Assembly (NCBI RefSeq): GCF_018977255.1 | Contig: NW_024704742.1 | Coordinates: forward strand, 82,276,001-82,340,000 | Direction of reading: 5' to 3' | DNA length: 64,000 nucleotides | Origin: Callorhinchus milii | Lineage: Eukaryota | Shown here: positions 1 to 12,545 of the stretch, one piece after another | Layout: every line of letters starts with the position of its first letter | Position numbering within the stretch: position 1 is the stretch's first letter | Notes under the pieces: model-generated | Databases searched by the model: none | Told to the model about the DNA's origin: nothing | Seen by the model: only the letters and a program-made list of their open reading frames with translations | Translations under genes and position numbers: made by a program

Positions 1-205
1 TTCACGTGAGGATCTCGGTTTGATTCCCAGGCAGGGTGAAACCTTGCTCCATGTTTCCAAGCAAGCCAAGTTTCCTTAATCCACATGCCTTTGTTTGCCT
101 AGCAGTAAGTAGGAACTTGGTTGTCAGTCGATTGGCGGATAATTTTTCTGGGGTAATAACACATTAAAAAAAAATTGGTCACTCAGATGCAAGGATTATT
201 ATCAG
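1..205 (+). mobile_element. tRNA/CORE-like SINE (family A), cut by the window edge and internally deleted
   Basis: ggtttgattcccaggcagggtgaaaccttg...tttccttaatccacatgcctttgtttgcctagcagtaagtagg...gcaaggattatt matches the full copies at 11820 and 32341. Confidence 0.85.
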
Positions 206-268
206 TATTAATAATAAAATTTACTGTATTTGGTATGGAGCCTTATCATGTTTATTGAAACACTGAAA

Positions 269-1559
269 AAAGTGGAAGAGGGCTAACTTCAGTGAGTTAA
301 AAAGGGACCTAGCCAAGGTGGACTGGAAAGAAAGATTGGCAGGTAAAACAACTAAAGAGCAGTGGGAAGTCTTCAAAATGAGATAGCTCGGGGACAGAAC
401 AAATACATTCCTACGAAAGGGAAAAGTAGGGCATCCAAACCTCCGTGGATGACAAAGTTAATTGTGTCTAGAATGAAGCAGAAAAAGGAGGCGCATGACA
501 AATGTCAAACCCAAGATACAGAAGACAACCAAATAGAAGAAAGGAAATACAGAAGAGAACTGAAAAAAGAAATAAGAGGGGCAAAAAGATTATATGAAAA
601 AAGATTAGCAGGTAACATTAAAGGGAATCCTAAAATATTTTACAAACATATCAAGAAAAAAAGGTTAGTCAAAGGTAGGGTGGGGCCAATTAAGGACCAA
701 GGCGGAAATCTTATTGTGGAGGCAGAGGGCATGGCTGATGTGCTGAATGAGTACTTTGCATCTATCTTCACAAAAGAAGTGGATGCACCAAATGCCGCAG
801 TATCGGAGGAGAGGGTAGAGGAGATGGATAGGATAAGTATAAACAGAGAGGAAATACTGCAAAGGTTGAATGCGCTGAAGGTAGATAAAGCTATAAAAAG
901 GGCATACTGGGATATAAGGCTTGATAAATAGTGGCATAGAGTACAAGAGTCAGGAGGTTATGATTAACCTATATAAAACACTGGTTAGGCCTCAGTTAGA
1001 ATACTGCGCCCAGTTTTGGGCACCACACTATAGAATGGATGTTAAAGCATTGGAAAGGGCACAGAGGAGATTTACGAGGATAGTACCAGGAATGAGGGAT
1101 CTTGATTATGAGGAAAGGCTAGAGAGGCGGGGAATATTCTCATTGGAGCAGAGAAGGTTACGAGGAGACCTAGTAGAAGTTTTCAAAATCATGAGGGGAT
1201 TTGATAGGTTAGAAAGGGAAAAACTATTTCCACTGGTGGGTGTGTCGGTGACTCGAGGTCACAGATTTAAAATAGTTTCCAAAAGAAGCAGAGGGGAGGT
1301 GAGAAGAAATTTTTTCACGCAGCGAGTTGTTCAAATCTGGAACGCAATGCCTGAAAGGGTGGTCAAGGCCGATTCGATAACTACTTTTAAAAACGCGGTG
1401 GACGGGTATTTGAGGAGGACGGGTTTGCAGGGTTATGGGGAAAGCACTGGGGAGTGGGATTGACCTTACATTGTTCTTTTCAAAGAGCCGACACAAACTC
1501 GATGGGTCGAATGGCCTCTTTTTGTGCTGCACGATTCTATGATTCTACGATTCTATGAT
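269..1559 (+). mobile_element. CR1-clade LINE, 5'-truncated, RT core deleted, inserted into a minus-strand SINE tail
   Basis: ORF2 peptides KPPWMT..GNPKIFYKHI..LNEYFASIFT..LKVDK then GIEYKSQEVMINLYKTLVRPQLEYCAQFWAP..RRLRGDL..TRGH..FFTQRVVQIWN. It ends in the (GATTCTAT)-type CR1 tail repeat at ~1533-1559. CTGAAA flanks both sides (263-268, 1560-1565). The interrupted SINE tail at ~208-268 resumes at 1560-1690. Confidence 0.95.
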
Positions 1560-1825
1560 CTGAAAGTGCTTCACGGAATTCTGTTGAAATGCAGTGACTG
1601 TGTATTTTGTAGGCGAAAGTAGCAGGAAATTTTGCATACAGCAATGCCACACAAAAAGCAACAGGCCAGGACACCAGGAAAATCTGCCTTCTTAATCACC
1701 ATATGCTGAGAGCCGAACACATTGTTGCTCATGTGGATGAATGGTGGTAATATGGATGAGTGATAAAATAACCCTAGCTGTGCCTGGTCTGCTTTTGACA
1801 TGTGACAAGTACACTGTTGAGCTAG

Positions 1826-2145
1826 GGAGTCCTGTAGCTCAGTGGTTAGCGCACTCACCTCGCAAGCGAGAGACCTGGGTTTGATTCCTGGCAGGGTGAA
1901 ACCATGGGCAAATTTCCGTACTCCACAAATCTGATAATAATCCCTCAAGATGAAAAAAACAATAAAATTTGGTCACTCAATCCACGACTGTTTGTGGGAC
2001 ACTGCTGTGCGCAATTGGCTGCTGCGTTTCTCCCACAAAATATACAATCAATTCACTTTACAATGTATTCTGTGAAGCGATTTCAGACATCTAGAAGATG
2101 TGAAAAGTGCTGTATCAAATGCAAGGATTATTATTATTTATTATT
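1826..2145 (+). mobile_element. SINE family A, short (CORE-deleted) variant
   Basis: tRNA-like head ggagtcctgtagctcagtggttag (A box) and gggtttgattcc (B box); L2-type tail ending in (ATT)n. Confidence 0.92.
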
Positions 2146-3670
2146 TTAACTTGCTGAGTGGGGTTTTGTAGCCACAAACTTGCATCATTTCAACTCTGTG
2201 GCACAATGTTGGACCTCATTTACATCTCCTGGCCATCAATGAGGTCACACTCATTATAACTACAACCAAGATCAGTTCAGCTGACACTTGTCTCTGAGTT
2301 TAATTTTGTTTTAACAATGTGAGAAAGCAAGGGACAATGCCTCATTTTACAGACCACCACTAATATTGAAAAGAATAGGTGAAGAGATAAGATAAATCTA
2401 TGTGTAGTGGTTAGTTGATTCGGTTTCAAAGCAGTGTTCCAGTTTTGAGGTCTGCAGAATGAATGAGTCAGTATTGTAAACAAGGAAAAACTATTAATTC
2501 ATTTGAACATTCCTGAGGTTGCTATAGAGATGGATAGCTCATTAATGTGGCCAGATTACCTCACTAATTCCTGATTATAGGCTTCAGATGTTGCGTAAAA
2601 AATTGCTGGTTTTAAACAGTGTGAGAGTCGGTCGATTTACGTTTGGCCTGCTCCCATTTTTTGACCTATTTTCAATCGGTGCTCCTGTAAATTCTCAGCA
2701 TCATTTGGGGGAAATCAATGACTCAAACAATCTGCAGCGCCTGTCAGTATTTCCCCGGCTGTTATTTCTCTCATTCAGCCTTTGAGCTTTGTATGTACAG
2801 AGTTGAAGACAGAAATATAAATTGATTTTCCAACATGATTTTAACTGCTAGGTACACAAGGCTGCAAAGAATGTTCTCCAGTCATTTGCTTGGGCATAAG
2901 GTGCTTTAATTTGCAGAATTGCCTTTGAAAAGTGCTTTGGGAAATGGGAAGGGAAAGGGTGGTAGCCTATCCTTTCAAACATTTCAAGCAAATGCAATAT
3001 AATGCATCCATCCTATGGGATTAAAATTACACCTTTGATGTGCTAATGATATTTTGTGATTACTATCTCTGATGCTAATTATCGCCAGGGCAGGATTTGC
3101 GGTGGATTTTTGTTTAGTAAAACAATGCCCCTTTTTGGCAGATCAAGCCTAGAAAATAAGTATCAAACCGGAAACGTTACAAGCTAGTCTGTGGACGTCA
3201 AATTAAAGTCTAAAAATTGCACACAAAAAATAAATGCTTTTGGTCTTAATTATGGTCATTCATTTCATGACTGTTTGTGGGACTTTGCTTTGCATTTGTT
3301 TACAAATACATAGTGACTCTATTTCACAGTAATTCCCATGAATTCCATCTGAAGTGATAATTATTATGATGAAAGGGATGTGTTCTCTCTCCCCCTCACT
3401 CATACCAAACCACCAAACATTTGTAAACTATGATCTGGTGTTAGTGGCAGCAGAGTTGTGGGACTGCAATCATTATCGCATTGAATATCACAAATTCACT
3501 CCAGTTGACCATGTCACTGTTATTAAACTGTATTTCCATTCAAGCCGGGCTGTATTTTTTGCTTGGCACAAGAAAAGGCCACTTGGCCTATTGAGTCTAC
3601 CATTTGCACACTCAAGAGTATATTTTTTTCAATCAATTGCATCTTGTGAAAGAGAATTCTGTGAATTGTA

Positions 3671-3952
3671 GAGTCCTGCAAGTGAGAGACCTGAATTTAA
3701 TTCCAGGCAGGGCGAAACCTTGGGCAAGTTTCCTTACTCCACACGCCTAATAATAATACCTCCAAAATCAAAAACAATAATAAAAATTGGTCATTTTCAA
3801 TCTACGACTGTTTGTGGGACATTGCTGTGCGCTGCCGCGTTCGCCCACAAATATACAGTCAATTCACTTTACAGTGTGTTCTGTGAAGTGCTTTGGGACG
3901 TCCTCCCGACGTGAAAAGCGCTATACCAAATGCAAGGATTATTATTATTATT
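3671..3952 (+). mobile_element. SINE family A, short variant with L2 type-1 tail
   Basis: Near-collinear with 24337-24652; tail gctttgggacgtcctcccgacgtgaaaagcgctata. Confidence 0.92.
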
Positions 3953-3984
3953 AATTCTGTTGGTTAGGGCGGCAAAGTGAATTT

Positions 3985-4170
3985 TAGGCCAGGAAGTTTT
4001 TCTTTTGCCCACTGAGTAATTAACAACTGGAACACGGTTACAAGAAAGGGTGGTTGAGGCCAGGACATTGGACCCATTTGATCTTGTGATGTGGAACACT
4101 GTAGGGTGGGTCTGCTAGAAAGATGAGATCAAATGGGCTGAAAGGCCTTCTTCTTACAAACGTCTCTTTG
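3985..4170 (+). mobile_element. Old CR1 3' fragment
   Basis: aactggaacacggttacaagaaagggtggttgaggcc (degenerate WN.LP..VV.A) followed by the gatgagatcaaatgggctgaaaggcctt 3' UTR motif, which recurs at ~14990, 31175, 43160, 51850 and 54115. Confidence 0.6.
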
Positions 4171-4204
4171 GTTTTGTGATCTTTGTCTGCTTCACATCCC
4201 ACAC

Positions 4205-4435
4205 CCTATCAGTCCCATCACCGGCAGGCAGCTATTTTATCCTTGATCTGTGGAATTCCATCCCAGAATCCTCACGACTCCCTCCTTTTCTTCTTTCCAC
4301 TGCGGGACCTACCTCTTTGACCACGGTGTTGAGTCATTTTTCCCCTCCTCACCTCCTTAACTCCCACCCCTGGAGTATCCAGTGCTTTGAGACATTCTCC
4401 CGATGTATAAGGTACTATATGAATGTAAATTGTAT
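4205..4435 (+). mobile_element. Old L2 3' fragment
   Basis: ctgtggaattccatcccag (LWNSIP) and tail agtgctttgagacattctcccgatgtataaggtactatatgaatgtaa. Confidence 0.65.
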
Positions 4436-6219
4436 GTTTTTTTGCATATACCCAAATATTCAAAGCTAAAACACCAGAATTACCACCCTCCACAAATATA
4501 ACCTCCCACCCACTTTTGAAAGCATGCAATGGAATATATGTTCCTCTTAGTCCACATAATTCTTCCACCAAATTTCATTCCAATTTTCAAATAGATATTT
4601 GTTTTTATTATTAAGGGGTTAATGGACACATTGACAATTATTAGTGTCTATTAGTGTGTGTGTGTGTGTGTATATGTGTGTGTGTTTGTGGTGGAAGCAT
4701 CTGGGTTATATGTGGACTACACAATAGGGAATAAAGCATTTTCTAATATCTTGGTGGATGCAAACTGTGTTTGGCTCAAAGTCCAAATCAAATGCTTTGC
4801 ATATATCTGCATCTTTTATGCCATTCAGCATTTCAAAAACCTGAATCATGCTACCTCTTCGTAATCATTTTTTCTTGAATGAAAATAACGTCTTCTCAGA
4901 CAGCTCATTTCAGGACAGCTTCGATATTGACCTTATTTATACAAACAGGTGTAATAGAGCATTATGGATCAGAAAACAAGGAAATTGAAGGACCAAAGCT
5001 ATGACATTTCCGCTGTAGATCCTGACTGTTGTTACCAGTCGTGGGAGATTGTTTAACTGAATGACACAAATGTATATCCACTGTGTATGTTGGAAACTCG
5101 GTTTCTTTAAAGTCTACGTGTCTGGTCTCCAATTAGAATCAGAGTATTGTACGAAAGTTTGGGAACTGATATGTGGGAAATCCCAAATTCAGGTGCCAAA
5201 ATTGCAAATCAATATTAGTACTGATTCCACTTAACAATATGTAGAAATGTAGTGCCTCCAGGTCTCTTCTGATTGAAAGGGGATTGCACTGTATTTAGCA
5301 GTAGTTTTAGTTTGAAGCCAAAACTTGATCATATTACTGATTTACTGTCTTAGACCCCCACAGAGCAGCAGTGTACTGCAGTTATAGCTCAGAATATGTC
5401 AAAAGAGCACTACTCTGCGCACAAATCTCATTGATTATGCCAACTACTGACTGATTAGTGAAGAATTCTAAATGTGCTCAGAGCTTTCACTCAGAGTCTT
5501 TCCCTGCTTAAAGAAACCATACTTTTAGTCTGGCAGATTCGACTGAGCAGTTTAAATGTTCGTGTAGAAAATCATTGAACTATTCATGATGAGAAAGTAA
5601 AATTTTCACATTCTAAAAGATTCCAAAAAATTATTTGCTGGAAGATCAGGTTCACATAGGAATATATATCTCTGATGATGTGCTGGAAAATCTCTTACCA
5701 GAGGGAAGACTGCAAGACTGTTATTGTAAGTTACTGGGAGGTTTGTGCTTTTAATCACTGTAGTTCTATGTAGTTGCTTGTTGTTCTATGATTAAGTGAT
5801 TTTTTAAAAAAATAATGTGTTCGCTCAATCCATGACTGTTTGTGGGACGTCGCTGTGCGAAATTGGCTACCACCTTTTGCCCACAAAATATATAGTAAAT
5901 TCACTTTACAGTGCATCCTGTGAAGTGTTTTGAGATGTTTTGAAGACGTGATAAGGGGCTATATAAAATGCAAGGATTATTATTATTATAATTTCAACTT
6001 GTACAGACTTAGAGCATTTTTTGGTCCAAACATAACAAACAATAATCATAATTATAACAATCCTTGTATTTGATATTGTATCTTTCACGTTGAGTGGACG
6101 TCTCAAAGCATTTATAGCAACATTAATTTATTTGGTCCAACTTTGGCACATTCAACTGATTAAATATCGAATACATGGCTAAATTGACTCCATTTACATA
6201 TACAACACAATAAAATACA

Positions 6220-6915
6220 AAATTACATTTGTTTAGCACCTTTCATATTGGGACGATGTCCCAAGGCGCTGGACAGTCAGGGATTTGGACCCGAGCAGAG
6301 GGGTTTGGGATCAGGGAGGCTAGAGGGCAGGGAGGGTAGGAGGGTGGCCAATTACGCAGTCGAAGAGGAGAGTCTTGAGACCTGCCTTGAAGGAGGCAAG
6401 AGAGGGAGCGAGGCAAAGAGAATGTAAGATGGAGTTCCAAAGGGTGGGGTCAGAGACCTGAATGCCTGACCGCCGATGGTGGATGGGCCGGGCGGAGGAT
6501 GTGGAGCAGGTCACAGCCTGCTGAGCGGAGAGAGCGGACAGGTTGGTATAGGCTTAGCATGTCACAGAGGTAGGAAGGAGCAAGGCAATGGAGAGCCTTG
6601 AAGGTGACGTTGAGGATTTTGAAGTCTAACCTCTGGGAGATGGGGAGCCAGTGGAGCCGGGTGGGGGTGATGGGGTCATGGGGCATGGTGCATGAGAGGA
6701 TACGAGTTGCAGAATTCTGAATGATCTGCAGCTTGTGGCAGGAAAGTTGGGAAGGTCGACAAGCAGGGAGTTGGCGTGGTCGAGCCTAGATGTGATGAAT
6801 GTGTGGATGAAGGTTTCGGCGGCCTAAGGTGTGAGGCAGTGGTGGAGCTGGGGAATGTTGCGGAGGTGAGGGAAGGCAGAACGGGTCATGGCATGGATGT
6901 CAGGTAGAAAAGACA
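6220..6915 (-). mobile_element. L2 LINE 3' fragment (tail type 1)
   Basis: Minus-strand peptides LHWLPISQRLDFKIL..LAPSYL..LRSAG and PTLWNS..FKAGLKTLLF; L2 tail at the low end. Confidence 0.9.
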
Positions 6916-6999
6916 GTAAATGACCTCTCGTAAATGACCAGAAGTTCACTAAGTAACATTGCCTTATTTTGCAGGTTTAAAGAGTGCACTATAATTCTT

Positions 7000-7355
7000 G
7001 GGTCAGCTGTTAGTAGCACTGTTGTCTCTGAGTCAGAAGGTTGTGGCTTCCCTGCCCACTCCAGGGTGTTGAGCTCACAACCGGAGGTGATATTATCAGT
7101 GCTGGGAGAGCATTACATTTTTAGAGGTCCATTGGATAAGACTTTAAACCAAGGTTCTGCCTGACCTTGACACTATTTGATAAGATGTCCTGGTCAACAA
7201 TCCTTAAATAAATTGATCTTTGTAAGACTTTGCTGTGTGCAAATTGGCTGCCATATTCACAAGTACCCAATCACTACACGTGACAGCAATTACTTGTGAA
7301 GTCCTTTGAGATGTTTTGACATTATAGACAAGGATATCAAAATCAAGATTATTAT
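7000..7355 (+). mobile_element. Deu-domain SINE (family B, SacSINE1/AmnSINE-like)
   Basis: Head tagcactgttgtctctgagtcagaaggttgtgg; body ttgctgtgtgcaaattggctgcc; L2-type tail. Confidence 0.75.
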
Positions 7356-8109
7356 CTATAGTTCCCTGTTATCAAAAACACAGGTAATAATTCTACGTTG
7401 GTTTTCATCTGATTCCAGCAGTAAGAGCTATATATTTTACAGTCATTAAGTTTTTTTCCCTAATCTTTTCTAGGTAGAATAAAATACATATTCTATCTGC
7501 AGATATCGATATAGATCCATTAAGCAATATGATGGAACAGCTTAATATGCTATCAGTACATTACATCTTCGCTGATCCCTCTCTTTTCATGCTCTATGCA
7601 ACTTTGTATCACTAATTGCAACTTTCAAGTGACTGCACAGTTGGAAGCAATATTGATACTTCAGGTCAAACTGAGTCATAAGTCCACTTTGTGCTCTGTT
7701 TAATCCTAGTAGTAGTTCAATAGCGAGTTGGAATGTTGTCATATTGTGCTATTAAATAGTTGCGTAACAAGGAACTCCATTGCTGACAGCTCACTGCTCT
7801 GTGTGAATATTAATATTGAAAAAAACTAAAAGCTCTGAATATATCCCAGGGGTAGTGATAGCTTCTTGGATAGGCTATGTATATGACCCTGATCACAGTC
7901 TGTTGAATACTAGTCACTTCAAAGCAACATATGTAAGATTTTTTAAAAACATATATATATTTATGAATATAATATTTGACACAACAGAAATCCAAAACCA
8001 ACGCAACGTACATTAATAAATATAATCTTCTGTTACAATTTTTTCCCTTTCTCCCGATACAAAAAAACATTCCGTTGTTTATAGTACATTCCTTCACCAC
8101 ACATTAGCT

Positions 8110-8205
8110 GGAGTTAGATTAGAAGATCAGCCATGATTGAATGGCAGGGCAGGCTCGAAGGGCCAAATGGCCTACTCCTGCTCCTACACATTATGTTATG
8201 CTATG
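8110..8205 (+). mobile_element. CR1-type 3' end (shark-type LINE/SINE tail)
   Basis: agatcagccatgattgaatggcagggcaggctcgaagggccaaatggcctactcctgctcct. Confidence 0.7.
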
Positions 8206-11064
8206 TTTCCTAGTTGATTTTTCATAGTTAGGTTTTCCATTATATTAACAACAGTGGAAAGGGGGAGGAGGAGGAGGAGGAGGAGGAGATAGAATATACC
8301 CGGTGCAATTCACACCACTCAATTTTACTGCTGCGGGTGAAAAGTTCATCATTCTGAAGCCACCTTCAGGTGATGCTTGAAGAAGGGCTATGGTGTGTGA
8401 TTCATGTTAGCTAATCCTCAATCTACGCTGCATGTTTGGTAGAAAATGTTTCATGGATAATAGTACAGTATAACCACTAGGATTTGATATGAGAGGAACA
8501 CAGAGCTAAACATGCTCCTTTTCTTAGAAAAACAGATTGATATGAACATTATGCTTAGATGCACAGATAAAGTATTTAGCAGACTATCTTAAATAACAAT
8601 AATCCTTGCATTTGATTCAGCACCTTTCAATTTGGGAGGACGGTTCAAAGTGCTTCACAGGATTTACTGTAAAGTGTAGTGACTGTGTATTTTGCAAGCA
8701 AACGCAGCAGCCAATTTAGCAACATCAATGATCCACAAACAGGCAGACTTAAATTACTAGAGTTTAAAAGCTCTGAGATGCTACCCTGTGTGGAGGGCAT
8801 TATATAAATACAAGTTGTTGTTGTAGGGTATTTAGGTTTCAAATTTAATATTAAGCTTCATATACAGAATGGTATATACCTGGTGCCTGGATTTGTGGAA
8901 CAGACTCATTTACAAAAGTAGCTAAATGGATGTTTTCCTATGTATAAGTGTGCTGTTTTCTGAACAATTGCTGATCTAGTGAATTCACAAATGCGCACTA
9001 TTGGAATTGGTCAGCAAGTTACAACTTGCTTATTTGCAGAATTAAAGTGGTGAATTAGCAAATGGTTCTCACCAGCAGTCTGAAAAAATTGCGCTGAAAA
9101 ATGAAAGTTCACCAATTTTAACAAAGGAAAAATGCGGAACATAATCCAAATATAGGACTTCAATCCAAAATTGAGAGGCTAATAATGATAATAATCCTTG
9201 CATTTGATATAGCAATTTATCGTGCCTTTGAGACATCTCAAAGTACTTCACAGAATATACTGCAAAGTGAATGGATTCTCATCCTTTGTCCAGATTATTA
9301 CTAAGGATTATTGTCCTGTTTGTGAACATTGATCAGATATTTTCCATCTCTTTCCCTTGTTATACTTGTTATATGAGCACCAATTGAGTGAGTGAGACCC
9401 TGCCAGGCAGGGCGAAACCTTAAGCAAGTTTCCTTATTCCACACACATTCCTCTTTTTACCTTGCAGTAATCAAGTAACCCACTTGTTAGTTGATTGGCA
9501 GATTGCTTTCCGGGTGTAGTAAAAAATATTACTACAAAATATATTTAATACCACAAAATATATATCTGGAGTTCTGTAGCTCAGTGGTTAGAGCACTGTG
9601 ATTTGAGTGATGTAACTAGACTACCTTAACTGGATCCCACCCACATTGAGGACTACCTTAACTGGATGCTGCTCCATTTATACTATAAATGAGGGACCCA
9701 GTGGATTACTTCTAATTTAGGTCAGAAACTTCCTTTGTCTGCACACTTCATTCTCTGTGTTTTTTTTATATACAACATTCAACATTTTTCTTCCAACTTA
9801 TCCAGAGGCTAAAGCCAGAGGGAATGGGCAAGGTCTTTTCAAGGTTCTGAAGATTTTCTTTACTTCTCATGGTTTCCTCAGTGAGCAGAGCCTCTTACTG
9901 CCAGTAAACTCTTTTTCACCCCGTCTACCCTTTTGCTTTTCCCTATCTATCTTTATGCACTCATTTAGGGTCTTCACTGAGGGCCTCTGTGTTAGCATTT
10001 CTATTCCTATGAGTGTCACCTCCCCGGTTCAGTGCAGGTAGCATACATCTGCTCGTGTCCCATTTCTCTCACTTTCTATTGCACAGGAACACACTGCTTC
10101 TTATCTTGCACATTGATGTGTGGTATGTACACTGATCTACTAATGAGTTGTTACTTGTCAATGCTATTGTGCCTCGTCACTGCCATAAGGCTTTTCTTCA
10201 AGGATGGTGCAGCTCCTTCTGAGTGTGGCATTTATGAATCTATTTTCAATATTTATGTGACATAAAGGATTCTCGGCAGGACGGTGATGGGTCAAAACAG
10301 TGGGGCCTCACAATGGGATTCAGTGACAGTGACTGAGAATCCATCCAGAAACCAGTAGTGTGCCATCACCAACATGGGGGAAACCTCGTAATCCACCTCT
10401 GCCGATGTGGAGCGGTCAGTGGCTGTGACAGGTTACTCACAGCGGTTCTCGATTCCGTTAGCAACTCTGATTCGCTGTTCGGGAATCTGATTTCAACCAA
10501 ATGCTCTATCAATCCCTGTTCAAAGTGAACTGTGTCCAGGCAGAATTGGTTCAGTAGTAACCACACCTACAACTGATCCCACACATGGACCTCTGCTTAT
10601 TGTTGCAACTTCGTAAAATGAAGTGGTCAATAAGGCAAGAACTGTCTTATTGACCACTCGGCTTGATAACAGATATATGATGAAAAAATAGATATATTGC
10701 AAATTCACGTCTGGAAGGAAAAAAAATATTACCACAGTTTTAATTGAGTAATTAGAATAATTGAGATATTAATTGTCATTGCAGAAGCTCAGGTGATCTC
10801 CTTAGCGCTACCTTCTGCAGCCTCTAGCTAATACAAAATTTGCACTTTTGCATTCTTAACTTGCACTGAACTTGCTTGCCATTCCCCATTCCACACCAGG
10901 CTCAACTGTCTCCTTGTCTCTTGGATCGACTTCAAGATCTCACCTACACATTCCCACACAATCTCACCTCTCACTATTTCTGTGACTTTTTCCAGCCTCA
11001 CTCCCCTGCTCAATGAAACTCAGGGCGGCTGAGAATTAGCTAGTCCTCTGTCATTAATGGCAGA

Positions 11065-11482
11065 GCCTTCAAAATGATTATCCTCGCCTTCAAAGCCCTC
11101 CAACGCCTCGCTCCTTCCCACCTCTCTGACCTGCTTATGCCATATCAATCTGCTCGCTCCCTTCTCTCAGCAGGCTCAGGCCTGCTCCACGACCCCCACC
11201 CGGCTCGCTCCACCATTGGCGGTTGGACCTTCAGCTTCTCTGACCTACCCTTTGAAATCCAATCCCTTCGCTTTGCTCCTTCCTTGCTTCCTTCAAGGCA
11301 CATCTCAAGACTCTCCTCTTCGACAGCGCCTTCGGTCACTATCCTACCCCTACCCTCCCTGATCTCGACCCTTCCTGATCCCAACCCCTTGATCGGGTAC
11401 AAATCCCTGATTTTCCAGCAGTTTGGGACATCCTCCCAATGTGAAAGGCTCGACACAAATGTTATTTATTTTTGTTGTTGTT
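11065..11482 (+). mobile_element. L2 LINE 3' fragment (tail type 1)
   Basis: FKALQRLAPSHLSDLL..TIGGWTFS; tail tttgggacatcctcccaatgtgaaaggc...ttgttgttg. Confidence 0.88.
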
Positions 11483-11819
11483 TATTCACTAACCTTCTAC
11501 CTCTGGAACTCCCTCCCGAAATCTCTCAACCGCTCTATCTGTCTTCAAAAGCTTCTTGAAAGTCTACCTCTCTGACCATGCTTAAGGTCAATCCACAGGT
11601 ATAAGATATCACTGTATATGGAGTCATCACAGGAATAGCAATGTGTCCATTTCCAGTCAAATGATTCCTCACTTGTTGAAGGAAAGACTGAAATCTCTCT
11701 TCAGATTCCAGCTTTCTAGCAGATGTTCTCGGAAATTTTCTTAAATATTGATTTCCTAGTGTACATTTCACTTATCATGGCTTTCCTTCTTAAGAGATAA
11801 TAATAGCTGAACTATTATA

Positions 11820-12200
11820 GGAGTCCCATAGCGTGGTGGTTATTGCACTCGTCTCGCAAGAGCGAGAGGACTTGGGTCGATTCCCAAACGGGACGATACC
11901 TTAGGCAAGTTTCCTTACTCCACATGCCTTTGTTTACCTAGCAGTAAGTAGGAAACGGGTTGTTAGTTGATTGGCGGCGGATTGCTTTCTGGGGTTAATA
12001 ATCCTTCCAAAAAAGAAAATGTGGTCACTCAATGCACGACTGTTTGTTGGAGACTGCTGTGTGCTATTGGCTGCCATGTTTCGCCCACAAAATGTACAGT
12101 CAATCCACTTTACAATATATTCTGTGAAGCGCTTTGAGACATCTCAATGACGTGGTAAGGCACTATATCAAATGCAAGGATTATTATTAGTATTGTTATT
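11820..12200 (+). mobile_element. SINE family A, full-length
   Basis: tRNA-like head; CORE-like ccttaggcaagtttccttactccacatgcctttgtttacctagcagtaa; Deu-like 3' block; L2-type hairpin tail and (ATT)n. Confidence 0.93.
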
Positions 12201-12267
12201 ATTGTCAATTTTGTCTATTAATTAAAGGAAGTGGAGAGCTTTAACATCCTTCTTAACAAGGTGACAG

Positions 12268-12545
12268 TCTGGCATAGTTGGTAGCAATCAGGTCTGAGTC
12301 AACATTGGGATTCAAACTCATGGCCTCAGGCGACACTTCTATTGGTAGTGCTGGGGGAAACTGTAATGTCGGAGGTGCCTTTCTTCGGAATGAAACGTCA
12401 AGGCCAAGGTCCTATTTGCCTGTTCAGGTGAATGTTAAAGATCTCATGGCACTAACTGTTCGAAAAGAAAAGGGAAGTTCTCCCAGTGTCCTGGCCAACA
12501 ATCACCATCTTGATGAACAAGAAAAGGCACTATATCAAGGAGCTA
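12268..12545 (+). mobile_element. Deu-domain SINE (family B), partial
   Basis: gtcggaggtgcctttcttcggaatgaaacgtc...gttcaggtgaatgttaaagatctcatggcact...gttctcccagtgtcctggccaac. Confidence 0.8.

Noticed and set aside
362..1463. ORFs of 189 aa and 180 aa as host genes
   Set aside because: They are CR1 ORF2 remnants flanking a deleted RT and end in a CR1 tail.
10441..10515. Minus-strand 75-nt exon-like segment (GLIEHLVEIRFPNSESELLTESRTA, donor GTGAGT)
   Set aside because: The acceptor is weak, the peptide is unrecognised and there are no supporting neighbouring exons.
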